From: the human T2T-CHM13v2.0 reference genome, Homo sapiens
Reading direction: 5' to 3' (one strand)
Assembly: GCF_009914755.1 (NCBI RefSeq)
Contig: NC_060930.1
Length of the DNA: 64,000 nucleotides
The notes beneath the pieces were generated by a model. The model had not been told where the DNA came from, made no database searches, and saw only the letters and a list, made by a program, of their open reading frames with translations. Both the position numbers and the translations under genes were made by a program. Below, piece by piece: positions 1 to 12,170 of this stretch (positions within the stretch are counted from its first letter, which is position 1; each line of letters starts with the position of its first letter).

Positions 1-3000
1 ATATGTACCACATTTTCTTTATCCAATCTATCATTTATGGGCATTTGGATTGTTTCCATGTCTTTGCTATTGTAAATAGTGCTGCAATAAACATATGTGG
101 GCATGTGTCTTTAGAGTAGAATGATTTATATTCCTTTGGATATATGCCCAGTAATGGGATTACTGGGTCAAATGGTATTTCTGGTTCTAGATCCTTGAGA
201 AATTGCCCTACTGTCTTCCACAATAGTTGAACTAATTTACATTCCAGTCAACAGTGTAAAAGCATTCCTATTTCTCCACAGCCTTGCCAGCAATCTATTA
301 TCTCCTGACATTTTAATAATTGCCATTCTGACTGGCATGAGATGATATCTCATTGTGTCTTTGATTTGCATTTCTCTGATGATCAGTAATGTTGAGATTT
401 TTTTTCATATGTTTGTTTGCCGCATAAATGTCTTCTTTTGAGAAGTGTCTGTTCTTACTGTTCTTATCCTTTGCCTACTTTTTGATGGGGTTGTTTTGAT
501 GGGGTTGTTTTTTTCTTGTAAATTTGTTAAAGTTCCTTGTAAATTCTGGATATTAGACCTTTGTCAGATGGGTAGATGGCAAAATTTTCCCTCATTCTGT
601 AGCTTTACTATTCACTCTGATGATAGTTTCTTTTGCAGTGCAGAAGCACTTTATTTTAATTAAATCCCATTTGTCAATTTTGGCTTTTGTTGCAATAGCT
701 TTTGAAGTTTTTGTTATGAAGTCTTTGCCCATGCCTATGTCCTGAATGGTACTGCCTAGGTTTTCTTCTAGAGTTTTTATGGTTTGGGGTTTTACCTATA
801 AGTCTTTAATCCATCTGGAGTTAATTTTTGTATAAGATATAAGGAAGGATCCAGTTTCAGTTTTCTGCATTTGGCTACCCAGTTTTCCCAGCACCATTTA
901 TTAAATAGGGAATCCTTTCCCCATTGCTTGTTTTTGTCAGGGTTGTCAATCAGATGATGGTAGATGTATGGTGTTATTGCTGAGGTCTCTGTTCTACTCC
1001 ATTGGTCTATATCTGTTTTGGTGCCAGTATCATGCTGTTTTGGTTACTGTAGCCTTGTTGTATAGTTTGAAGTCAGGTAGTGTGATGCCTACAGCTTTGT
1101 TTTCTCTGCTTAAGTTTCTCTTGGCTATACTGGGTCTTCCTTGGTTCCATATGAAATTTATAATAGTTTTTTTCTAATTCTGTGAAGAATGTCAATTAGT
1201 TTTATGGGAATAGTGTTGAATCTATAAATTACTTTGGGCAGTATGGCCAATTTGATGATATTGATTCTTCCTATCCATGAAGATGGAAAGTTTTTCCATT
1301 TGTTTGTATCCTCTCTTATTTCTTTGAACAGTGGTTTGTAGTTCTCCTTGAAGAGTTCCTTCACATCCCTTGTTTGCTGTATTTCTAGGTATTTTATTAT
1401 TTTTGTAATGATTGTGAATGGGAGTTCATTCATGATTTTGATCTCCTCTTGCCTATTGTTGGTGTAAAGGAATGCTTGTGGTTTTTGCACATTGATTTTG
1501 TATCCTGAGACTTTACTGAAGTTGCATCAGTTTAAGGAGTTTGGGGGCTGAGATGATGGGGTTTTCTAAATGTAAAATTATGTCATCTGCAAACAGAGAC
1601 AACTTGACTTCCTCTCTTTTCTGTCTCATTGATCTAATACTGGACAGTGGGTGTTAAAGTCTCCCACTATTATTTTGTGTGAGTTTAAGTCTCTTTGTAC
1701 GCCTCTACGAACTTGTTTTATGAATCTGTGTCCTGCTGTATTGGGTACATACATATTTAGAACAGTTAGCTCTTCTTATTAAATTGTTCCCTTTACTATT
1801 ATTATTAATGTTCTTCTTTGGTTTTTTTGGTCTTTGTTGTTTTAAAGTCTGTTTTGTCAGAGACTAAGATTGCAACCCCTGCTTTTTGTTTTGTTTTGTT
1901 TTCCATTTGCTTGGTAAATTTTCCTCCATCCTTTTAGTTTGAGCCTGTGTGTGTCTTTGCATGTAAGATAGGCCTCCTAAATACAACACACTGATGGGTT
2001 TTGACTCCTTATCCAGTTTACTAGTTTGTGTCTTTTAATTGGGGCATTTAGCTCATTTACATTAAAAGTTTGTATCATTATGTGTGAATTTGATCCTGTC
2101 ATCATGATGCTATTTTGTAATTTTGTACACTAGTTGATGCAGTTTCTTCAGAGTGTCATTGGTCTTTAAATTTTGATGTGTTTTTGTAGTGGCTAGTACC
2201 AGTTTTTCCTTTCCATATTTAGTACTTCTTTCAGGAGTTCTTACAGGGCAGGCCTGGTGGTAATGAAATCCCTCAGCATTTGCTTGTCTGAAGAGGATTT
2301 TATTTCTCCTTCACTTATGAAGCTTAGTTTGGCTGGATATAAAACTCTGGGTTGAAAATTCTTTTTTTAAGAATGTTGAATATTGACTTTCTTTTTTTTA
2401 AGAATGTTGAATATTGATCTTCTGGCTTGTAGAGTTTCTGTTGAGAGATCTGCTGTTATTCTGATGGGCTTCCCTTTGTAGGTGACCTGGCCTTCCTCTG
2501 TGGCTACCCTTAACAGGTTTTCCTTCATTTTGACCTTGGAGAATCTGATGATATGTGTCTTGGGGTTGATCTTGCCATGGAGTATCTTAATGGTGTTCTC
2601 TGTATTTCCTGAATTTGCATGATAGCCTGTCTTGCTAGGTTGAAGAAGTTCTCCTGAATAATATCCTGTAGTGTGTTTTCCAGCTTGTTTCCATTTTCTC
2701 CATCTTCTTCTGGTACACCAATCAATCAGAGGTTCGATCTTTTTATGAAGTCCCATATTTCTCAGAAGCTTTGTTTATTCCTTTTCATTCATTCTTCTCT
2801 ATTCCTGCCTGCATGTCTTATTTCAGTAGGGTGGTCTTCAAACCCTGATATCCTTTCTTCTACTTGGTTGATTTGGCTGTTGATAATTGTGTATGCTTCA
2901 TGAAGTTCTCTTGCTGTGATTTTCAGCTCCATCAGGTCTTTTATGTTCTTCTCTAAACTGATTATTCTAGTTAGCAATTCCTCTAACCTTTTATCAAGGT

Positions 3001-4517
3001 TTTTAGCTTCCTTGTATTGGTTAGAACATGCTCCTTTAGCTCATCATAGCTTTTTATTACCCATCTTCTGAAGCCTACTTCTATCAATTCGTCCAGCTGA
3101 TTCTCCATCCAGTTCTGTACCCTTGATGGAGAGACATTGCAATCATTTGAAGGAGGAGTGGTACTCTGGCCTTTTGTGTTTTCAGCATTTTTTCATGGAA
3201 TCTTTCTCATCTTCGTGAGTTTGTCTAGTTTTGACCTTTGAAGCTGCAGACCCTTAGATGGCATTTTTGTGGGGGCCTTTTTGCTGTTGTTGTTGATGCT
3301 ATTGTTGTCACTTTCTGCTTGTTTTTCTTTCAATAGTGAGGTCCTTCTTCTGTAGGGCTGCTGTAGTTTGCTGGGGGTTCACTTCAAACCCTATTTATGT
3401 GATTTGCTCCTGGGCCTGGAGATGTCACTTAAGGAGGCTGGAGAGCAGTAAAGATGTGTGCCTGCTCCTTCTTCTGGGACCTCTGACTTTGAGGGACACA
3501 AACCTGATGCCAGGAGGATTGCTCCTGTATGTGGTGTCTGACAACCCCTGTTGGAGCTTCTTACCCAGTTGTTTGGCATGGGGAGCAGGACCCATTTAAC
3601 AAAGCACTTTGTCCCTTGGTGGAGACAGTGTGTTTTGCTTGGGGGAAACCCACTCCCCTGGGTTGCCTGGATTCCTCAAAACTACCGGGAGAGGATAAGT
3701 CTGCTGGTCCACAGAGACTGTGGCCACCCCTCCCCCTAGTGGCTCAAGCCTAGGGAGATCCGAATTCTGTCCTGATCCTCTGGCTGGAGTTTTGGAGATC
3801 CTGCAGGGAAGCCCCACCCACTGAAGAAGGATGGGTCGGGGTTAGTCCTGAAGAGGCACTCCGACCATAGACAGCCACAGCAGGTGTATTAGGCTGTGGG
3901 GACAAGTCTTGGGACCAAGGCATCCAGCTTCCCTGTCTCCAGCAGGGGAAAAGCTCAGCCTGGAGCTATAGAAAAGGGTGCCACCCTTCCCCTGCTCAGG
4001 GAGATTAGCATTTCAGGCAATTGGGAGTCCCAGTGTTGGCTGTTGCCCCTCCCCCAAGGAGCTCAAATGGCTTAGACAGCAGGTAGCCGCAGCCAGTGCT
4101 GGTCACCCCTCCCACAAGGAGTTTGGTAGGTTTAAGCAGATTCCAGATGAGAGGCTGTAAGAATCTGTACGTTCTGGGGTTGAAAATTTAGGTCCCGGTG
4201 GCATGGGTTTGCGAGTGGGTTCTTCCAATCCGTGTGTTGCACAGTTCTGTGGAAAAAACACTGTTTCCCTGGATGGGTAGCCTGCTCACTCACCGCCTAC
4301 TTTGGCTGGGGTAGGGGGTTCCCCTTCCCTGTGTGGCTCTCAGATGGGCCACTGCACCACACTGTTCTTCCTTCTCTCCGTGGGTCACGCCAGCCTTCTA
4401 GTCAATTTTGATGAGAGAACCTAGATACCCTGGTTGCTGGTGAAGTATTCACTTTCTTATTATGGTTTTTTTCAATGGGAGCCTCCAATTGCCACTGCTT
4501 TTAGTCTGCCATCTTAG
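1..4517 (-). mobile_element. Older primate LINE-1 (approx. L1PA8-L1PA11 class), 5' end present, 3' end outside the window, ~1.6-kb internal ORF2 deletion; inactive
   Basis: Minus-strand ORF pieces give ORF2p (35-223 [20 protein letters not shown]; 1158-1490 ELPFTI...ENYKPL) and ORF1p (2525-2725 IGVPEEDGENGNKLENTLQDIIQENF). A GC-richer 5'UTR spans ~3300-4517, and the terminal AAGATGGC motif reads gccatctt at 4508-4515. Many frameshifts and stops. Confidence 0.95.
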
Positions 4518-5129
4518 ATGCATGTTTACTGAATGTGATTATTTACGTACCAATGGACAACACGTTAAGGAAAAGAGTATGTATATTTTGATGTAAAAAT
4601 ATTTGAGGTAAATACACATACAAAGTACTGAAAAGGCAAGTCAGTGGGAAAGCAGAGGTGACCTCACTGGGACTTTGTGAAATCAATAGATAAATAAAAC
4701 CATATGTTACTAAGAAACAGAAAGTATGAATGCATTGTGAAGCAAAAAGAAATAGAATAGGACAAAATATTAGGAAAAGGATGTCACAAAAACCCCTTGA
4801 CTTTCACCAAAATTTTGTCCTGTTCTCCAGAGGAATCAACTTTCCCTAAACCCCTAGACCTGTAAGATGAAGATGTGTACACTGAATGAAGCTCTATTGA
4901 GACTGATTTAGTAATTCATGATGTTCTATTTTAAGAATGAAACATATAGCCTCTATTTTTGCTGGCATTGCTTGCATAGAGAAACATTAGATATTTCTTT
5001 TCTATACATATTCATGTAATATGTTATAATTAATATAATCTATAACTATCAAAGCAGAATAGATATTAAAAATCACACTTACTGTGAAATATGTGTATTT
5101 CATACAGTCACTATAAACCCTGGGTAAAA

Positions 5130-5187
5130 GTGTGCATGTGTATGCATTCATACATACACATGTGTGTGTGTATGTGTATGCATGTGT
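5130..5187. repeat. Degenerate (TG/TA/CA) microsatellite
   Basis: gtgcatgtgtatgcattcatacatacacatgtgtgtgtgtatgtgtatgcatgtgt. Confidence 0.7.
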
Positions 5188-6444
5188 AAGGAAATACATC
5201 CAATAATAAAAATGGTTTTCTCTGGGTGGGAAAATTATAAATGACTTTTTATCCTTTTCTTTTTTTAGGTAAGAGGCAGAAAACTTTTGAATTTACCTCG
5301 ATAAATTTATTCTTCCTACTAAAATCAGGGAAACGAGCTATAAAATTAACATATAATAGCAACTTTAGTTTTTACAGACAAGATATTTGTTCTCATGTAG
5401 TCAGTTCTGTAGGATATGACACAATTTAGAGTTAATTGATGTTTTCTAATCTCATGTTTGATTATGAGGATAATATGTAGTTGAAAAGATCACTGTTGAA
5501 TTATGTAATTTGCTTGTTTACAAATAGGTGTTTTAATTAGTGATGAATGTGAGGAGATTTTACATTATTTTCTAACAAAAGTATTTCCAGTATATGAGAG
5601 GAGCTATGTAAGTTAAAAAAGATATGAGTAAGACAACACTTAGAAACTCCCTAACACATTCTGTAAATCATAGAAATGTGGAAACTAGATATGACTTGCA
5701 AGATGGACAGTGAGGAAAAGGCAGGATTTGTTGGAATACTCAGATTTTCCTTTCCTTTTAATCTTTCCCTTTAAATATTAATGTACCTAAAGAACATCTC
5801 CCAGTGAAAGAAGAGTTAGCTAAGGTCAGATTTTTATAAAAAAGATGGTAGAGGCCAGTCAGAGTGTCCAAGATGAATAAGATTTTATCATACAAAGACC
5901 TTTTCTCCCTATAGCAATATGAAAATTTCTTTTCTAGTTCTTTGGTGACATGAAAATTCTAGCTACATTGCTTAAAGAATGGAACAAAAGAGACTAAAGT
6001 TTAATTATACTGTTTTATTTTCCTTGCAGCTGTCTCCCATTAGCTAGTGAGCAGTGGGGAAAGTTCTTTGCAATCTTTCACCCTCCTACCAATATAGTCC
6101 TGTGCAAACTGGTAATTATAATCAATTATAGGCCACAGAGTGGTGAAAAAGACACTTTTTTTTCTCCTGCAGACGCCTATGAGAAACTATTCAATTTTAG
6201 GGTCTGAAGCTACCAAAAAGTTCAAGATACAGGGTTGTCTTTAATATAGTAATACACCATTAAGAATTGTGATATTTCCGAACTCAATCTCACCATCAGA
6301 GGTTGATTTTTGTGGGTAGAAACATTTTCACGTGTTCTTGGGCATCAAAAGCATGCAAGCCTTGGCTCCCGTTTGAAAGTTCCATGACAATGACAATTGG
6401 AAGACCAGGTAAAATTTAACAGACATTATTTAATGAAGTTAACG

Positions 6445-6625
6445 TATTAACACATTCAATTCTCATAAGAAACGTATAAAGTAGGTACCACTATTTACCC
6501 TCTTTAATATATGAGGAAACTGACACAAAGAAAAGAATATTTCCTCAGGGTTGCACCGTTAGGAAGCACTAGCTCAAGGAATTGCACTCAAGTCCTCTAG
6601 CTTAGAGTTCATCCTCTTATCCAAG
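6445..6625 (-). mobile_element. MIR SINE fragment
   Basis: tctcataa...gtaggtac...atgaggaaactga...cttagagttcatcctctta matches the reverse complement of the MIR core. Confidence 0.75.
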
Positions 6626-7142
6626 AGCCTCTACTGCCTCATTGCCTGTGGGGAACTTTATGGAACTATAAAACATTCAGGGAATAGGGCCATAGTAAAA
6701 AGGAGTATAAACAGGTAGAGATAGCACTTACTACACTACTGAACAGCCCATTGGGATCAATAATTTCTTATTGACTGCCTCTTCTCTCATTTAGCTTTAA
6801 AAGGAATGTGGCTTTCCACGGAGAATGTTGTGATTTATCAGATTCTCATCACATATCCACTGCAATGTGATAGAGAAAAGGTGATTGGCTTAGCCCCTAC
6901 TGTTTAGTTCTAAGTGCCTAAATATTTTATCTTTCATTGTATCTCTGGTCAATGCAGCACTAAACAGATTGTGGAGTTTTGAGTGAAATATGAAGGAAAG
7001 AGACCTAAGTAGATGCTTTTGGCCACATTCCCCCAATTTTCTGGGATCAACAGGGGGCATAAAAGACCTGTTAAACAATTGAGGATACTTAGAATATGCT
7101 AAGCTAACAAAAGCTTACACACCTTCCACACAAAACATGCCT

Positions 7143-7300
7143 CATAAATTTGCAGAACCAAATGCAAAATGAAATTTTAAGACCTATTTTTCAAAAAGTT
7201 TATAGAATTTCAAGATAGTGAAAGCAAAGCATCAAAGTAAACATAGGGCCCTTCTGAAAACGGGGCTTTGTACAGGTTGCACATCCATGAAACTAGTCTG
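7143..7300 (-). mobile_element. MER45A-like hAT-Tip100 MITE
   Basis: cataaatttgcag...tgcaaaatgaaa...gaatttcaagat...gggcccttctga...caggttgcacatccatgaa follows the reverse complement of the MER45A consensus as I recall it. Confidence 0.7.
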
Positions 7301-9489
7301 ATTCCCCTCAATATCTCAATGGTAGCTTTCATTATGTGGAGTGGCAGACCAGCCTTTCTCACTCAACTCTAATGCAACTTTTCGTCAGGTCCTGTTGGTT
7401 CCTGCATTCTAATAACACAAGATTCAGCCTTCTTTCTGTGAAAGTGATATTTCTAAAACTGAGATCACAGAAATGTTCTTCATCCCATCCAAAAATTCTG
7501 CACACCAAGCTAGACTTCGTTCCTATTGGGAGTATATGGATGAAATGGGCTAGCAGCCCATTCCTTCTCTACTCTCAGGCCCAACCTGTACAGGAGGTGC
7601 TGAAAGAGAGGATAATCCAACCCTTAGCTGATCCACCTTCTTACTTTTCCCTTGGCTTCATAAAAATGTGTTTTCCAAATACTGTGTAGAAAAATTGTGT
7701 TCATTATCCCTTTCTTCACGAAAGACTGAAGGATTAAGATAGCTCTATCTGTGATCTTTCATTCTTCCACTTTGCCAGAAACCAGAAAGAAACTCTGTAA
7801 AGGTCAGTTCTAGGAAATGCATTGTAAAAGGGAGAAAATTGTATAATCATTTAATATATCTTCATTTTAATCTCTTCTCTGTTTTCCTGTTTTCTTTCTT
7901 AGGGCTGTCTATTTCTTAGTCACCTTTTTTATTCTTTTCTCTATTTCTTTTTGACAGCACTTCTGTAGAAAGTTTATCTTTTATTAGCTTTTAGGCCTCC
8001 AGTCATCATGCACTGTCAGAATCCTTTGGGGCATGTTGAGCTTTTATTCCAGTGTTGTCTTTCGCTCCTGAAGCCTTATCGCTATCATTTCTTTGAAAGG
8101 CTGACCCAGTTTAATATCTGAAGGTTAGTCTCTGATAGAACCTTTTAATCACATCAGCAGGGAACTCAACGGTTAGTGTTACTATTCAAGTCTCATATTT
8201 ATGGGTTTAATTAGCATGGTTAGATATACAGCCGAGAAACTTTGGCCATTGAAGAGTATTTATTGATAATTATTTAAATTCTTGCATCCTTTGTAGTAAC
8301 CTACCTGAATATGCTTATAATTAAATAACTAAACTGCTGCTAAAACAACTTTTAAAAATCCACCTTTGATTATTTGTACGTATATATTATATATATATAA
8401 AGAATATAAATATATATATGTATAGACATTGTTATAGCAATTTTTCCACAACTTCATACCTGATTTCTACTGAGGAACTAAGCATCAGGAGCGTGTTGTA
8501 TATTTTCCTTAGTAAATGGGTGCCACTTCCATAAGAAAATGCATTGAAAAATCCTACTAAGATTTCTCTCCCAGAAATATTATTGTGTGCTTCATGCAGA
8601 ATTTAAAAATTATTTAAACAATTAAATAAATAACTCAAACATTTATGTTATTACCCTGAGGGCAGTGTTAGTTTTTGAGGCTTATTAGCAGGGGAACACA
8701 CAAACCTGGAAAGATATAAAAAAGGTTTATTTTCTTTGTTGGCCTCCAACTAATTGCAGTAAAATAAACTTAGTGTTTTTGCCAGCTTGAACTCTCATGG
8801 AAGAGTAAGCAATCCAAACTCTAGTCTCTTGATGTGGTCACATATCTATTGCCAAGTTTCTTTTTAAAGTTCCCCAAACAAACATGTATGCCAATTAAGC
8901 AATATAAATAAGGGAGAAACTTGTTGTGCCCTCGTGCCATTTTCTCATTAATTCTAGGAGATGACCCCAAGACTTCTTCCCATTTTTATCCAAAAGATTA
9001 AATGGCATCTTATCCCAAACGCCTCAGGTAAACACGCCAGGTTTACTTTCATCTTGGACTCTATACTCTTTGAATGAAGATGAGACCAAACAGTGCCCTT
9101 TGAGGTGGAAGATACCTTTCTTCATAATGTCATCCATTAGAGAAAGGTTTCAGAAAAGGTCAACTTTACCCCAGTGAAAAAGAAAATGCTGGCAATTCAT
9201 GTAAAGCCACTTCTTTCTTCTTAGAAGTTCCCTCATTTCCAAATTTGTTGCAATAATCTTCTCAACAAAAAGGTATGAAATACCAAGTAATAGTATAGAG
9301 ATTATATTCACAATAAAATGCCATGAAATAAAATGTATTTCATTTACGTTTAGAAGTATGAAGGAGAGCATTAAACAGAGTAGCGATAAAGGCCTCCCAC
9401 CCATCCAGTCTATATCAGTCCAAATTCAGGCCATAAATAGCACACTTAAAGTATTAATTGAAGAGGATGCAATGAAAGAACTATTTACC

Positions 9490-9895
9490 AAGGTGTAACC
9501 AAGAATAAGAGAATCGATAAGATACAATGAAGCACACAGTGACTAAGAACAGTGAGAAACCATGAGTACCTCTAGATTCATAAGGGTAAGAAGATGGAAT
9601 AGTGTAACCAGAGCTAAACAAAAGCTGTAGCCAAAAGAAAGAGGTCAGATGATAAGAGCTCTGACTGCAAGGAAAGAAACACAATCACTGTCAAACCATA
9701 AGCAGCAGACAGGTGGGGGGATAATAAGAACCCAGATGTTCTTTCCTCTCTTCCTGGGATCTGCTAATTGTACCTTCCCTCGACCAGACCAAAGGAGAAG
9801 CAAGAATGAAAGGTAGCATTAGAGATTAGTATTTATGGCCTCAAAAGAAGGCATAGACGGATAGAAAATTGATCTGTAAGAAAATGGAGCAAAAC
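9490..9895. mobile_element. Degenerate ERVL/MaLR-type LTR (LTR33-like)
   Basis: Motif order cttccc..gaccagaccaaa..agaagc..gaaagg.agc...gatctgtaagaaaatggag resembles old ERVL LTRs; highly diverged. Confidence 0.4.
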
Positions 9896-9896
9896 C

Positions 9897-9900
<4 letters not shown>

Positions 9901-9930
<30 letters not shown>
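9901..9930. repeat. (CA)15 microsatellite
   Basis: Perfect dinucleotide run. Confidence 0.98.
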
Positions 9931-9931
<1 letters not shown>

Positions 9932-11199
9932 TATAATATATCTTCTTTGAGACTGGACCTTGTATCTTAACACACATACCTTTTCCCCCCATATCCTTGA
10001 CACTTTTCCAATAGAAGCTTAGAAACCGAGGTCTGCCAATATGAGAACAGTTTGGATTAAAAAAACATTGATGGAAACAGACATTAAAAGTTTAAGCTGT
10101 TCTCTCCACTTAAATAAAATCATTATGTTAATAATTACATTATTTTTCCCCTTCATATTGCTGCTATTGAGATGTCCTTTGATAATTATACAGAGACAGT
10201 GCCATTTTGATTTTAGCCCTCTGGCACATTAATTATATATTCTTACTTCTTAGAAATACTGACAGAAGTTGGCCCCATACCAAAGAACCAGCCTGGGACT
10301 TTTACTTGTATTCACTTCGTAATTCCTTGCTATGACACTCATAAAAATGAGCAATTCAACAGATATTTTGTCTTTGTATCCTTGAGTGTTACAGTATAAA
10401 ATAATAAACAACTGCACAGATCCCTATGTAGGACAATCCTACACTGTACAGATCTAAACATAAAAAAAAACCCACATTCCTCTCAGATATATCATTTCAC
10501 CTTTATTTTCACCTTTAGAGCATTTCACGTTTATTTATTTTCAATAAGTTTATTGCTGTCTACAGAACATATAACTGTGTTGCTGGAAATAGGAATGCAA
10601 TGTATAATTTCTGTTCTCAAGTTAATTAAAATTATGATAGAATCAAGACAATTGAGTAATCAATATAACACAAAATAACAAACCCTAAAATAGGAACAAA
10701 ACTCACATTTTTGAGTTCTTATATATCTCACCAGGTCTCTAAGTGATGCTTATTTAGCATGCATTCCTTTGAAAAAACATCATATCAATATGCTCTATGG
10801 CCTTAGTAAAGAACAATCTCCATGTACAAAAGAAGTAAAATCAAATTGTTAAACCAACTGATAATGCATTGATAAATCAGCTCAGGCTTACAAGGTAAGA
10901 TATAGAGGAAGAAAGACAATGAGAGGTGCAGCAATCCAGAATCCTCTTTCTCTAGGATTGATAAATATTGGTACTACTGTTCAAATGTCAGTTTGAGATT
11001 GATCTGCAGTGATTTTTTATATTGATCATTATCTCACATAGAATATGTCTGCTACATGAAACAACAAAAAAAATTAACCTTTTTTATTTGTACCTCAACT
11101 CCTGACTAATCCAGAATAGCTTTAACATACAGTTTTTTTAAAAAAAAAAATTGTTTCCAGAATGTAGTACATTACAATCAGTGATTTTAATTTTATGAT

Positions 11200-12170
11200 T
11201 TTATTTATTATACAGTAAAAATTGAATCTTTTTTGACACAATTCCAAAATCAGGACACCGAATGGCACTATAACCCCCAAAAATGACCTATATTAGCCAT
11301 TTATGGTCACAATCTTCCCTTCCTCCTTTACCCGCTGATATGTTCCCCATCAATATAATTTTATATATTCTAGAGTGTCATATAAATCAAATTAAATCAA
11401 ATCACACATGGTATAGACATTTGAGACTGACTTTTTTCAATTAGCATAATGCCTTTGAGATTCATCCAAGTTGTTGCATGTGTCAGTAGTTAATTGGAGG
11501 GTGTTTTGGGTTATTGCTGTCATTGTCGTTTTTAATTGCTGAGTTGTGTTCTTTTGTATAGATGCACCACATTTGGTTTATTCATTCACCCTTTGAACGA
11601 GACATTTTGGTTGTTTCCAGTTCAGTGCAATTATGGATGGAGCCACTATATACTTTTAGGGACAGTTTTTGGGTAAACTTAAGTTTGTATTCTTCTAGAG
11701 TAAATAGCTAGAAGTGGTATTGCTGGGTCATATAGTAAATTACACTTAAGTTACTGCCAAACTTTTTCCAGAGTGACTGTACCATTTTGCATTCTAATCA
11801 TAAACATAGGATAAATCTGTTTGTTCAGCATCATCTCTAGTATTTAGTATGGCTAGAATGTTTAAATTTTATCCTTTCTAATAGATTTGGTTTTAATTTA
11901 CATTTCCTAATGAATAATGATGTTGTATAGAAATGTTGTTAGGTCTTTAAATGGTTGGTTGATTTTTGTCCATGAAATAATTTAGGCTGGTGATTTCTTT
12001 TCAGGAAGATTTTACAATTAAATTTCCATAATAATTATAGAATTTCTCTTTTATTCTGGTGAGTTTTGATTGGTTGTGCTTTAGAAGGAATGGGTTTAGT
12101 TCATTTAAATTGCTAAATGTATGTACCTAGAGTTATAAATATTCAGTCATTGTCCTTTAAATATCTTTAT
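11200..12170 (-). mobile_element. Ancient L1M (L1MC-like) 3' fragment
   Basis: agcataatgcctttgagattcatccaagttgttgcatg...ggttgtttccag...gtggtattgctgggtcatat...ttgcattc is the reverse complement of an old L1 3' end. Confidence 0.8.

Noticed and set aside
7336-7689. 117-aa ORF with a GTG start
   Set aside because: No protein resemblance or exon structure; expected by chance among six frames
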